Source: an uncultured Rickettsiales bacterium
GTDB taxonomy: Bacteria > Pseudomonadota > Alphaproteobacteria > Rickettsiales > Deianiraeaceae
Reading direction: 5' to 3'
Length of the DNA: 30,822 nt
Assembly: GCA_946544555.1 (NCBI GenBank)
Contig: CAMNMI010000001.1
Location: forward strand, 1 to 30,822
Part shown: piece after piece, positions 9,170 to 18,913 of the stretch
Position numbering within the stretch: the stretch's first letter is position 1
How the letters are laid out: each line of letters begins with the position of its first letter
Translations under genes and position numbers: made by a program
Notes under the pieces: generated by a model
The model's database searches: none
What the model saw: the letters and a program-made list of their open reading frames with translations, nothing else
What the model was told of the DNA's origin: nothing

Positions 9170-9832
9170 ATGAGTATTGAGAGGAAGATGCCAAGTGTTG
9201 GCGACGAAAGCATGGAAAAGCAGGAACAAGTTCAGCATGGAGCAACTGGTGAAAAAGTTGCTGGTGAAAATGAATTGAAAGATGCAGGCGTAAATGAAGA
9301 GGAGATTGATATGGAAACTGCCGATGAAGTTCAGGGAGAGGGAGAAGATGGCAGTGAAAATGAAGAGTTGACGGCAGCGCAGGGAAAAATTCAGGAATTG
9401 CAGCAGCAGAATTCGGAGTTAGAGCGCAAGCTGATGTATGTGGTTGCGGAATATGATAATGCCAAGAAAAGGTTTGAGCGCGAGTTGGATGATGCGAACA
9501 AGTTTGCAATAAGTAAGTTTGCGAAGGATGCGGTGAAGATTTATGATGTGCTGTTCACGGCGATAGAGCATGCCAACCCGGAAGCAGACAAGGTGCTTTA
9601 TGACGGAGTGAAGATGACAATAGGTGAATTTGATACGATGTTTGAGCGCATTGGCATGGTTCAGATTGCGCCGCAGGTTGGAGAGAGATTTGACCATAAC
9701 AAGCATGAAGCAATATCAAGGGTGCCAAGCGAATTGGAAATTGGTGCAATAGTGCAGGTCATTCGGCCAGGATATGAGCTAAATGGAAGATTATTACGTG
9801 CGGCAATGGTTGTTGTCAGTAGCGGACAGTAG
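9170..9832 (+). CDS. grpE: Nucleotide exchange factor GrpE
   Basis: Acidic N-terminus, AEYDNAKKR, GERFDHNKHEAI, V.RPGY.LNGRLLRAAMVVV. Confidence 0.95.
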   Translation: MSIERKMPSVGDESMEKQEQVQHGATGEKVAGENELKDAGVNEEEIDMETADEVQGEGEDGSENEELTAAQGKIQELQQQNSELERKLMYVVAEYDNAKKRFERELDDANKFAISKFAKDAVKIYDVLFTAIEHANPEADKVLYDGVKMTIGEFDTMFERIGMVQIAPQVGERFDHNKHEAISRVPSELEIGAIVQVIRPGYELNGRLLRAAMVVVSSGQ

Positions 9833-9864
9833 CAGGTTGTAAAGAGTTGTTATAGAGTTGTTTT

Positions 9865-10791
9865 ATGTTGGTTGTTGAAAATGCAAAGCGTGATTTATTG
9901 ACAAGGCAGACAGATGGTTTGTTGCGGACATTGGCGCAACATTTGGATGTTAGCATGGATGACTTGTCCTTGCGCGTGGCAGCCGAGCTGGAATTTTATA
10001 TCATGCACGGCGAGGAGCAATTTTCTATTGACAGCTTGAAGATAAAGGATATTAAAAGTTTTTTGTTTAAATATAAATATAATGGTTTGCAGTTGGAGAG
10101 CTTTGAGGAAGAGGATGGCGTAAATCAGTTTGAGGTGCAGTTTTTTCCAACAGAAAATTCAGTTGAACTTGCGGAGAATATAGATGATTTCCGTAATGTG
10201 ATATTAGATGTTGCAGATGCAGATTTTCGTGCGAAGCCATTTGCTGATCAGCCGGGTAGTTCAATTCATTTTCATATTTCGTTGTATTATAAGGGTGAAA
10301 ATTTGTTTAGTAAGGACAATCCGCGCGATGACGATGAGTATCATTATATGCCACTGTATTGGAGCATTGCAGGGATGTTAGAGTGGATGCTGCCTGCCAT
10401 GCGCATTTTTGCACCAACGCAGAATTGCTATGACAGATATTTGTATCCAAAAGATGGGCAGAAGTATATTCATTATCCGACTGGCTGCTGCTGGGGGTTC
10501 AATAATAGGACATGCGCGCTGCGTATTCCCATCAAGCCAACGGAAGATCCGTATAACTGTCGTATAGAGCACCGCGTTGCGTCAAGTTTGAGTGATCCAT
10601 ATCTTGATATGTTTGCTATTTTTTCTGCTATGCAACACGGAATAGCCAATGAGCTGGAATGTCCTGAACCTGTATTTGGTAATAGCTTTGATGATGCACA
10701 TGATTTTATTCCACAGTTTCCAAAGACGTTGGCGGAAAGTGAGCATATATTCTATAATGGCGTGTTTGCTAATTTGAAGGAGTTGGTTTAA
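9865..10791 (+). CDS. Glutamine-synthetase-like protein, catalytic domain only
   Basis: AELEFY, E.E.GVNQFE, F.AKP....PGS..H.H.SL, WGFNNRT.A.RIP, RIEHRV....DPYL; 308 aa with no N-terminal beta-grasp domain. Confidence 0.85.
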   Translation: MLVVENAKRDLLTRQTDGLLRTLAQHLDVSMDDLSLRVAAELEFYIMHGEEQFSIDSLKIKDIKSFLFKYKYNGLQLESFEEEDGVNQFEVQFFPTENSVELAENIDDFRNVILDVADADFRAKPFADQPGSSIHFHISLYYKGENLFSKDNPRDDDEYHYMPLYWSIAGMLEWMLPAMRIFAPTQNCYDRYLYPKDGQKYIHYPTGCCWGFNNRTCALRIPIKPTEDPYNCRIEHRVASSLSDPYLDMFAIFSAMQHGIANELECPEPVFGNSFDDAHDFIPQFPKTLAESEHIFYNGVFANLKELV

Positions 10792-10931
10792 TAATGTGTA
10801 AATAAATAGCACAGCCCAACTCACTCTTTGTATAACATAGCTTTACAAAAATTTATTTTATCCTTTATTGTTTTGCAAGTTTTTGTTTATAAATATAACC
10901 ACGAAAAACATATAGGCAAGAATGTAAAATA

Positions 10932-11288
10932 TTAAAAACATCTTCCCTGATATTTATTCACACTATCCAAGCTATTTTGAGGGCGATTTTCATTAACTTG
11001 TTCTTGTTTATAACCATTATACTGTTCGTTCATCTGTCTTTGCTCTTCCTTGTTTATTACAGATAATCCTACGCTACCTTTGCTATTTTCTACCATTTGT
11101 TTTTCCTTTTCCAACTGCAGTTTTGTTTGTTTCTTCTTGTTCCTCCTTGCAAGCCACACAATCAAACCGATAACTAAACCCACACCAGTCAATGCAAGTC
11201 CAATTATTCCCAGCTTCTTTCCTGCACTATTTCCTGCATCACTTCCTGTATCACTAACTGCACTACCCATTGGTACAATTATATTCAA
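10932..11288 (-). CDS. Hypothetical single-TM protein with basic cluster and Q/N-rich tail
   Basis: LGIIGLALTGVGLVIGLIVWL followed by ARRNKKK; ends GRCF. Confidence 0.6.
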   Translation of the reverse strand: MNIIVPMGSAVSDTGSDAGNSAGKKLGIIGLALTGVGLVIGLIVWLARRNKKKQTKLQLEKEKQMVENSKGSVGLSVINKEEQRQMNEQYNGYKQEQVNENRPQNSLDSVNKYQGRCF

Positions 11289-11438
11289 ATATAAATAAAA
11301 ATCAATTGTTCAATGAGTAGAGTTTTTAATTAAAAAAATGTCATACTATTATGGAAAAAACATATTACTGGCGGCATAACGAACAAACCACTTGACAATT
11401 AACAAAAATTGCTGATTTCTTGTTAAAGCTATTTACAC

Positions 11439-13952
11439 ATGCTTGGCAATATAAACAGCAAATTCAAAAATGCGAAGGCAGCAATAAAGAAAAAGCAAGA
11501 TGAGCTAAACTTCAAAAAGCTCAAAGACGGAGTATTTCCTTATGCATGTCTGGTGGCAGATGACGTAATGCTAACAAAAAACGGTGAGGTCTTCCAGATG
11601 ATTGAAATTCTGCTGGATGACTTTAAGGATAACCAAGAGGGAGGGCTGCGTGAGCATATCAGAAAGGCAATTGACTACAACTCTGGGGACTTAAACACAG
11701 CGTTCTGGATACAGACAGTTAAGAAGAGAAAGACAAATATTACAAGAAAAAATGGTAATAATAACAAATTGTTCTTGAAGAAAATTGGCCAAACAGCAGA
11801 AATGAATGAGAATTCTCTAAATAATTATTCTACATACATTTACATTACCGTCATCAAGCAAGGGACAACTTTCAAACTACAACCAAAAAAAATCAAGGAC
11901 TACTTCTTTGCCACATTTTTGGATCATACACATGACAGATTTGTGCAGAAAATTATCGTAGACGTCCGCAAGACAACGGAGAAGATAGTCAGCATGTTGG
12001 CACAATACAGGCCAAAAATATTAGGTGTCAGACGTGGCGATGGATGTGAATATTCTGAACTGATTGAAAAGTTGTATTTCTTAATCAACTTTGAGGACAA
12101 GGAACAAGTCGTTCGACCAATAGACGTTACACATTGTGTGAATACTGGGCGCTATATGTTCCAGAATGGTATCATTGCAATGAAGAGTGAGCTTACCAAT
12201 AAGATGAAAATGGGAATGACATTCTCATTTAAGGAAGTGCCAAGAATTACAATGCCAAATGTGTCGGATATAGTCAATAATACCAGAGCAGAAATGGTGA
12301 TTACAGAATATGTAACTTACATAGACCAAAAGCGTGCAGCGGAACAATTTAGTGAACAAAAAGAGTTTTTAAAGAAGAAGGACGATAAAATATTTCAAGA
12401 GAAAGTTGGGCTGTCATTTTTGGACGATAATGCTAATGCAAAATATTGTAAGTCATCAATATCTGTTCTGATTTTTGGGAATAGTTATAATGAGTTGCAG
12501 TCATTTGTTGCGGAAGCAATTGATCTTTTCTCCAAGCATGGGATTGTCATGGCAAGAGAAGATATAAGTGCAGAACGTTGCTACTATTCCGTAATGCCGG
12601 CAAATTTCACATTTACACAACGTCTTACAGTTCATGATGCCAAGGAGATTGGTTGTTTTTGTTATTCATATCATCCGCAGGACTGCGATGCAACTGTTTA
12701 TCTTAATGACTTGGTGCTGTTTAATATTGGGACGTTGAAGGGAAATCCTGTGCCAATTGGATTTGATAAACAGAGGCCAAATACGATTATTGGCGGACGC
12801 GAAGGAAGTGGTAAAACTGTTTTTTCAAACTTCATGGCCGCGTCCTATCTGGCAGAAATTGACGCCAATTTGTATATCATTGAATTTAACTGTCGTTCGC
12901 GTGCCTTTATTGAAGCCATGGAAGGCCAATGGTTTAGGGTGTCAATGGATAAACAAAACCACACTGCATTGATGAACCTGCTAGATTTGGATATATTTGG
13001 AGAGTATAAATCACAGAAGGAGAGTTATCTCTTTGACAGTTTGTCTTTATTGTTATCAGCGAACAATGTGCTGGTAACACCAGAAATGACAACTGAGCTC
13101 CATGATGCAATAGACCAAATCATTGAACTGTACGAACAAAATCCACACATTGCGTTACACGATGTGAGAAACATCTTGGATAAATATTCAATCGGGCAGG
13201 AACTGAATGTCTGGCACTCTATTGGTAAGTATTACCATCTGTTTGATAACAGGGACAACATCTTTGAGAAGAATAATGGCTTGATGGCAATACACATTGA
13301 CGAAACCGTTGCAAGTAAGTCATTGATTTTGGCTTCTGTTATGAATAATTTGATGACGAATATAACTCAACGCGCAAGTAAGACGGGCAAACCAACAATC
13401 ATCATCATGGAAGAGCCATTCCTGGCGCTTGGAAATGCATTCTTTAAAACAAAACTCAATAGAATGTTAGAGTTCATGGCGGCAAACAAGATTTTCTGCA
13501 TATTCAAAATTGCTGACTTTGAGCGCGCAAACTCAACCATTGTGGATTTCGGCCAGCTTGTAAATTCATGCGGTTTGCAAATACATATAGCCAACAAGTT
13601 TGCAGACAAGGAATATGGAAGGATATTTCACTTGGAGAAGTTGGACTACATGGCAGTCAAAACCTTGGCAATGTATGAGGGGCGCAATATGCTTGTCAAA
13701 CAGAGGTCTGGAATGTACTCATGTGCTTTTGACTTGAAGCGTTATAAGAAGACACTAAGTTTATTATCAGACAAACTTGAAGCCAAGACAAAGATCTTGG
13801 CAATTAAAGATACTCTGCAAACAGAAAGCGTTGAGCGTTGGCTCACAGCATACTATGGTGACTTTGATACCAATAGCGATGAAGAGACGCGTCTTGCTCT
13901 GCAACGTGAGCTGCAAGCCATCAAGGATGTCAGAAGGTTGATGGAGAGTTAG
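11439..13952 (+). CDS. virB4: VirB4-family type IV secretion ATPase, stand-alone paralogue (rvhB4-II-like)
   Basis: 837 aa; MLTKNGEVFQMI N-terminal motif, Y.S..PAN, Walker A GREGSGKT, degenerate Walker B region IIIMEEP; no other vir genes nearby. Confidence 0.8.
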   Translation: MLGNINSKFKNAKAAIKKKQDELNFKKLKDGVFPYACLVADDVMLTKNGEVFQMIEILLDDFKDNQEGGLREHIRKAIDYNSGDLNTAFWIQTVKKRKTNITRKNGNNNKLFLKKIGQTAEMNENSLNNYSTYIYITVIKQGTTFKLQPKKIKDYFFATFLDHTHDRFVQKIIVDVRKTTEKIVSMLAQYRPKILGVRRGDGCEYSELIEKLYFLINFEDKEQVVRPIDVTHCVNTGRYMFQNGIIAMKSELTNKMKMGMTFSFKEVPRITMPNVSDIVNNTRAEMVITEYVTYIDQKRAAEQFSEQKEFLKKKDDKIFQEKVGLSFLDDNANAKYCKSSISVLIFGNSYNELQSFVAEAIDLFSKHGIVMAREDISAERCYYSVMPANFTFTQRLTVHDAKEIGCFCYSYHPQDCDATVYLNDLVLFNIGTLKGNPVPIGFDKQRPNTIIGGREGSGKTVFSNFMAASYLAEIDANLYIIEFNCRSRAFIEAMEGQWFRVSMDKQNHTALMNLLDLDIFGEYKSQKESYLFDSLSLLLSANNVLVTPEMTTELHDAIDQIIELYEQNPHIALHDVRNILDKYSIGQELNVWHSIGKYYHLFDNRDNIFEKNNGLMAIHIDETVASKSLILASVMNNLMTNITQRASKTGKPTIIIMEEPFLALGNAFFKTKLNRMLEFMAANKIFCIFKIADFERANSTIVDFGQLVNSCGLQIHIANKFADKEYGRIFHLEKLDYMAVKTLAMYEGRNMLVKQRSGMYSCAFDLKRYKKTLSLLSDKLEAKTKILAIKDTLQTESVERWLTAYYGDFDTNSDEETRLALQRELQAIKDVRRLMES

Positions 13953-14036
13953 TTGTGCCGGCGCAGAGCACATTTGGCCGTAGCGCAGTGTAGATTTACA
14001 AACCACGAGGGCGTGGCCGCGGGTGGCGGTAGCACC
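13952..14036 (-). repeat. Family B structured repeat, degenerate copy B0
   Basis: GTTGTGCCGGCGCAGAGCACATTTGGCCG...CAAACCACGAGGGCGTGGCCGCGGG aligns with copy B2; lies between convergent virB4 and ORF 14067-14579. Confidence 0.75.
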
Positions 14037-14066
14037 AGGTTATAGTTTGAATGTTTAAGTTGTGGT

Positions 14067-14579
14067 TCACGAGATGCTTTTGTCTTGTTGTTTTTGATTG
14101 TAAGTGGATATTTTGGCTTCATCGTTATTTGTTTTGTTTTGTTGTTGCCCCGAGAGTGGTTCTTTGGTTTCTTTTTCTTGTTTAACATATTGGCTCCTGT
14201 CTTTTTCACAAGTATTACCTGGACTTAGGTTTTTTATGACTATGTTCGGACTGTTAACACTTTTACTATATTTGTGAGCACCAACACCGAGACACACACA
14301 TCCAAGCAAAAAAGCTCCTATTCCAACAGGAAGAGCTATTGCTAAGCTACCAGCAACCAATGCGCACACAAGTGGTGTAGCAATTAATGCGGCTATGACA
14401 AGAAACAAACCTAATAATCCCAATCCAAATCCTTCTGTTGATTTTTCATATACCGTTTCTTTAACTTGTGCTGTACCTTGTTGTGTCACGTGAAAAACCG
14501 TTCCATCTTTTTCAACATCAAACTTTTGTTCTGGCAATTGTACTGTCTTGACAGTTTCACTAATTTTTTTGTAGTCCAT
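14067..14579 (-). CDS. Hypothetical membrane protein with a long bilobed hydrophobic segment
   Basis: ~50-aa hydrophobic stretch GFGLGLLGLFLVIAALIA...VCLGVG flanked by hydrophilic ends; K/Q/N-rich tail. Confidence 0.6.
   Translation of the reverse strand: MDYKKISETVKTVQLPEQKFDVEKDGTVFHVTQQGTAQVKETVYEKSTEGFGLGLLGLFLVIAALIATPLVCALVAGSLAIALPVGIGAFLLGCVCLGVGAHKYSKSVNSPNIVIKNLSPGNTCEKDRSQYVKQEKETKEPLSGQQQNKTNNDEAKISTYNQKQQDKSIS
14482..14497. promoter_or_regulatory. Possible degenerate third parS
   Basis: TGTGTCACGTGAAAAA, 14/16 to TGTTTCACGTGAAACA; lies inside a CDS, so it may be chance. Confidence 0.25.
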
Positions 14580-14647
14580 AAAAGCAATATAACATAATAA
14601 TAAAAATAGACAAGTTTAAATTTTGTTTATTAAAGGTAATTACTATA

Positions 14648-15769
14648 TTACTTTAATACCACCTTCTCCCCCATCTTTGGAGTTAATAATCTATCCCTCA
14701 TCTTATGTTTCTTAACCTCTTCCAAAAGCATATTCATAGATATATCATATTTATGTGCCCCAAGAGGATAAGTCCCATAATGAACTGGCAGGATGTATCT
14801 GGTTTGCAATCTCTTTGCAACCTCAACAACTTCACGTGGGAACATATGAACATACGGCCAACGGATATTCCATGCATCTATCTCAATGGCAACCAAATCA
14901 AATTTGCCGTATTTCCGCGCAATCTCATCAATGTGTGTACCAAAGCCACCATCGCCTGCTACAAATATCTGCTGATTGTGCTTTGGATTGTTATACACTG
15001 TCTTGATGACATACGAATTCCATAGGGTTTTATTGAAATCCCACAAGCTCCTCTGGGAGAAATGCATCGCTGGCTCGGCGTTAAAGATGATACCATCGGC
15101 TACAAATTTATCTCCCCAGCCCAGTTCGGTAATGTGGTCTTTTCTGACGCCCCATCCGCGCAGAGCAGCACCAACTCCCAGTGGCACCACAAAGTGTGCA
15201 TATCTCAACTTTCTGATTGTCTTCCGTTCCAAGTGATCCATGTGGTTGTGGGTTATCAGCACATAATCAATATGTGGCAACTGACTTCTCCTGATTGGTG
15301 GTTTAAACATTCTCCTAATGACAAATGGCACTGGCGCTGTATTTCCAAACACCGGGTCAACGATTATTCTCTTCTGGTTCAGCTCCATTATTATCGTTGC
15401 ATGCCCCAACCAATAGAACGAAGTCCAATAGTCAGGCACCTTACCAAAACTGTCTCTTGTCAAATTTATGACTTCCACTTTGTGTTTTGGTTTGTATTTT
15501 GAGCTGTTAAAGAATATTTCAAATAACTGTTTGTATGTCCAGTCAACTGAATTGTCTTCGTCTTTACTTGGTATTTTGAATTCTTCTATGGATTTATATG
15601 GATTGAAAAACCGGCCGTCTTTGAAGTAAGGCAACTTCTCAAATTGTCTGACTTCCGCTTTTGAAGGCGTTCTGCCAAATTCCCTAAACAATAGACCCAT
15701 ACCAAAACAAACAACAAAAGATAAAGATGATATTACTAAAACTACTTTTTTATGCTTCTTTACGGACAC
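14648..15769 (-). CDS. Metallo-beta-lactamase-fold hydrolase (NAPE-PLD/RomA-like)
   Basis: WLGHAT, DPVF, THNHMDHL (HxHxDH), HFSQR...N.TLW.SYVI, GDGG, PVHYGT. Start placed at GTG 15769 because the longer ORF runs through tRNA-Gln. Confidence 0.85.
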   Translation of the reverse strand: MSVKKHKKVVLVISSLSFVVCFGMGLLFREFGRTPSKAEVRQFEKLPYFKDGRFFNPYKSIEEFKIPSKDEDNSVDWTYKQLFEIFFNSSKYKPKHKVEVINLTRDSFGKVPDYWTSFYWLGHATIIMELNQKRIIVDPVFGNTAPVPFVIRRMFKPPIRRSQLPHIDYVLITHNHMDHLERKTIRKLRYAHFVVPLGVGAALRGWGVRKDHITELGWGDKFVADGIIFNAEPAMHFSQRSLWDFNKTLWNSYVIKTVYNNPKHNQQIFVAGDGGFGTHIDEIARKYGKFDLVAIEIDAWNIRWPYVHMFPREVVEVAKRLQTRYILPVHYGTYPLGAHKYDISMNMLLEEVKKHKMRDRLLTPKMGEKVVLK

Positions 15770-15792
15770 GAAAAAAGAACTAAAACGAACCG

Positions 15793-15864
15793 CTGGGGCA
15801 GAAGGATTCGAACCTCCGGATGACGGGATCAAAACCCGTTGCCTTACCGCTTGGCTATGCCCCA
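15793..15864 (-). tRNA. tRNA-Gln(TTG), CCA not encoded
   Basis: TGGGGCATAGCCAAGCGGTAAGGCAACGGGTTTTGATCCCGTCATCCGGAGGTTCGAATCCTTCTGCCCCAG folds as a cloverleaf; anticodon TTG, U1-A72, G73. Confidence 0.95.
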
Positions 15865-15872
15865 ATGCTTTG

Positions 15873-15900
15873 AAGATAAATAATTGTTTTTTATTTGCAA
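15873..15900 (-). promoter_or_regulatory. Candidate promoter of tRNA-Gln
   Basis: Minus strand TTGCAA-N16-TATCTT, ending 8 nt before the tRNA 5' end. Confidence 0.4.
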
Positions 15901-15946
15901 GAAAAATGTCTTGCATGTTACAAATGCCCATTTTCAAAAAGAATAG

Positions 15947-17062
15947 ATGGCTGAGAAAATCATATCACTTTTCAATCATAAAAGCGGTGTTGGGAAGACA
16001 ACGTTGACGTATAATGTGGGTGCTGAACTTGCCATTCACAAAGGCAAGAAAGTTCTTCTCATAGACGCAGATGGACAAATGAACTTAACTGCAAGCATGT
16101 TTGGGTTAAGTGATACTGTAGAATACAGTGATGAACGGGACAGGAAATGGAAAAAATATTTACAAAAATACATGAGTTTTTATGATTTTGTCGGCAAACC
16201 AAAAGAGCGGAAAAAGATGTTTTGTTATCAGGATAAATTTAACAGAGAATTTCAAGGGACATTGCTGGAGAATTATAATCCGGTAGATGATAAATGTGTT
16301 TTTCATTTGATGACGGCAGATGAGGAGTATTTTGCCCTTGAAAGAACATTGTATGCGTATTTACGAACGGATGATTTGTCCCGAGAAGCGCGCGACAAAG
16401 TATCGGAGATGGTTAACAAGGTAAAAAAACTGTCTGAATGCTATGACTTTATTTTAGTAGATTGTTCCCCAAGTGCAAGTAGTGTGCTGAATGGCTTTTT
16501 TGTTTTGATTTCTCATTATTTTTTATGTCCTTTGAAGTGTGATTTTTTTTCATATCAGGCTATGGGGAAAATTGGAGCTATTATTGAAAACTGGGAAAAA
16601 TTATTCAGATATTGCAGAAGTACTACTGATAGTGATTGTATAGACATGAAAGAGAAGTTTCTTGGTATTGTAGTAAATGAGACAAAGAAACATAACAAAC
16701 AGGAATGTGATAAGGTAATATCTGAGCAATCAAAGAGGTGGGCAGTACGCGTGAATGAAAGCATCAATGATTTTGTTATGGGTTCTGGTCGTGGCAATAC
16801 AGTAGAAGAAAATGAATTTGTTAGACTTTATCCATCATCACACCTTTATATGATTACTGACGAAACATGCAATTATACCGGTAAACTTAAAGACATTGTG
16901 GATACAGCGGGTATTCCATTTGTTCTATTAAATGCTGAGATTTGTAAGAAATATGCTGGTGAGAACCTTTTACGCGATAGTCAGGAGAACTATAAGCATA
17001 ATTATGAACAATATACTGCGGCTATTTCGTATATCGCCGACGGCTTTATCAAACTAAAATAA
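15947..17062 (+). CDS. Orphan ParA/Soj-family ATPase (long form)
   Basis: SLFNHKSGVGKTT, VLLIDAD.QMNLT, YDFILVDC.PS, P..CD; 371 aa; no parB adjacent. Confidence 0.85.
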   Translation: MAEKIISLFNHKSGVGKTTLTYNVGAELAIHKGKKVLLIDADGQMNLTASMFGLSDTVEYSDERDRKWKKYLQKYMSFYDFVGKPKERKKMFCYQDKFNREFQGTLLENYNPVDDKCVFHLMTADEEYFALERTLYAYLRTDDLSREARDKVSEMVNKVKKLSECYDFILVDCSPSASSVLNGFFVLISHYFLCPLKCDFFSYQAMGKIGAIIENWEKLFRYCRSTTDSDCIDMKEKFLGIVVNETKKHNKQECDKVISEQSKRWAVRVNESINDFVMGSGRGNTVEENEFVRLYPSSHLYMITDETCNYTGKLKDIVDTAGIPFVLLNAEICKKYAGENLLRDSQENYKHNYEQYTAAISYIADGFIKLK

Positions 17063-17126
17063 ACCTGCTTTTACTTTCTCCCTCCTTGCAAATAAAAAAA
17101 CATTTCCAAACTCGTTGTGAATATTC

Positions 17127-18800
17127 ATGTTAACGGGATTAAGGATTGAAAACATCTTGCTAATGGATAAAACAACCATCAGGTTTGATGATGGTTTTTC
17201 TGTTATCACTGGGCAAACGGGTGCAGGAAAGTCAATCTTGCTGGATAGTTTGAATATCATCCTCGGGGAGCGCGCTGGCACGGCGATATTGCGCAATCCT
17301 GACAACCATGGGGTGATTGTTGCAACGTTTGATATAGACAATCCAGAGCTGCTGGAAACGCTTGCAAATGGTGGTTTTATCTCCGCGGGCGATAGGACCA
17401 TCATAATCAAGAAGATAATCACCAAAAACGGCAGCAAAATCTTCATAAATGACATCCAGACAACCATTCAGTTTGTTGGTGCGATTTCCCACTATTTGGT
17501 GGAGATTTACAGCCAATTTGAACAGACAGACCTATTCAGTATCAAAAAGCACCTTGAAATTCTTGATAAATTTGGCAATTTAGACACTTCCCTTCAAAAA
17601 ATGAGGACATTATACATCCAAATGCAAAATGCGCAGGAAAAATACGATAAAACGCGTTTAGAAATTGAACGGCAAAAAGAGAATGCAGAATATCTTCAAT
17701 CATTTGTGGATGATGTGCTGGCGCTCAATCTTGTCAGTGGGGAATATGACGAGCTTGTCAACAAGAAGAAGACAATGACAGACATAAGCAAGGTGGCGAC
17801 ATATATTTCTCGCGCAAATGGGCTGTTTGGGGAGACAAAGCTGGGTTCAGTAATAAACAAAGTCCAGAATGACCTTATCCATGCACAAGGAGACATTGGA
17901 GAGGGTGGGCTAAATAAGGAAATAGATAACGTCAATGAGTTGCTGGAAAAGCTATACAACGACTATCAAATTGCAGGAGAAACTCTCAATGACTTGGCAG
18001 AGTGCAACCATTTTGATGAGGGCGAGCTTAATGACATTGAAGAGCGTATTGCATGTATTAATGAAGTGGCGAGGAAGTATCAAACTACACCAATGGAGTT
18101 AAGCAACCAGTTTGTGCTGGCGCAAGAAAAATTGCAAAAGATTGAACTGTCTGATGAAACTCTGCAAAAATTGTCTTCCGAATTGGAAGTTATACGTAAT
18201 GAATATCTCACATATGCAAATGAATTACGAGAACAACGCAAAGCAAAAGCAAAAAACTTGGAGCAAATTGTGTTGGAAAAGCTTGCCGCGCTGAAAATGG
18301 ATAAGGTTATTTTCTATACATCGTTTGAAAACGCAGAGCCGAGTGCAAATGGAATTGATAAGGTCGTCTTTTTTGCGTCTATGAATCCCGGACTGACACC
18401 TGCACCAATTCACAAAATTGCGTCAGGTGGTGAGCTATCACGGTTTATGTTGGCATTTAAGTCAGCACTTTGCACAAGCCAGACAGCATCCACGATGATA
18501 TTTGATGAGATTGATACGGGTGTTAGCGGCAGTGTGGCATTTGCTATTGGTAAGGAAATGCAAAAGTTAGCCCAAACAACTCAACTTATATGTATAACCC
18601 ATAACTCCCAGACGGCGGCGTGTGCAAGACATCACTTGTTTGTTGCCAAAGAGCAAACCCTTGAAGATACGAAGACAATCGTCAAAACCTTGTCGCCAGA
18701 TGAACGGATACGGGTTATTGCAGAAATGATTTCCAGCGATGAGATAACGGACGAGGCAATCAATAATGCCAGAAGGTTGATAGAAAAGGCAAATGAGTGA
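17127..18800 (+). CDS. recN: DNA repair protein RecN
   Basis: Walker A TGQTGAGKS, coiled coil, ASGGELSR signature, IFDEIDTG, CITH; 557 aa. Confidence 0.95.
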   Translation: MLTGLRIENILLMDKTTIRFDDGFSVITGQTGAGKSILLDSLNIILGERAGTAILRNPDNHGVIVATFDIDNPELLETLANGGFISAGDRTIIIKKIITKNGSKIFINDIQTTIQFVGAISHYLVEIYSQFEQTDLFSIKKHLEILDKFGNLDTSLQKMRTLYIQMQNAQEKYDKTRLEIERQKENAEYLQSFVDDVLALNLVSGEYDELVNKKKTMTDISKVATYISRANGLFGETKLGSVINKVQNDLIHAQGDIGEGGLNKEIDNVNELLEKLYNDYQIAGETLNDLAECNHFDEGELNDIEERIACINEVARKYQTTPMELSNQFVLAQEKLQKIELSDETLQKLSSELEVIRNEYLTYANELREQRKAKAKNLEQIVLEKLAALKMDKVIFYTSFENAEPSANGIDKVVFFASMNPGLTPAPIHKIASGGELSRFMLAFKSALCTSQTASTMIFDEIDTGVSGSVAFAIGKEMQKLAQTTQLICITHNSQTAACARHHLFVAKEQTLEDTKTIVKTLSPDERIRVIAEMISSDEITDEAINNARRLIEKANE

Positions 18801-18831
18801 AAGGATGGGATTAAATGAATAAATGATTGGA

Positions 18832-18875
18832 TTGCGCTGCCCGGAGACACGCGCTCGCGGTTTGGCTGCGCATCG
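18832..18875 (+). repeat. Family B structured repeat, truncated copy B1 (5' half)
   Basis: 37/44 identity to the 5' part of copy B3; between convergent recN and the OMP gene. Confidence 0.75.
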
Positions 18876-18913
18876 TTCTTTTCTACTAAATACACTCTAC
18901 ATCACGCAACCAA

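Noticed and set aside
8600-10791. oriC at the parS pair, suggested by a local switch from C-rich to G-rich on +
   Set aside because: The switch is not sustained (1-1000 is G-rich; lepB on the right is C-rich), and I found no TTATCCACA DnaA-box cluster or CtrA TTAA-N7-TTAA site.
15770-15937. N-terminal extension of the MBL hydrolase ORF
   Set aside because: It reads through tRNA-Gln and its promoter; GTG 15769 gives a sensible signal-anchor start.
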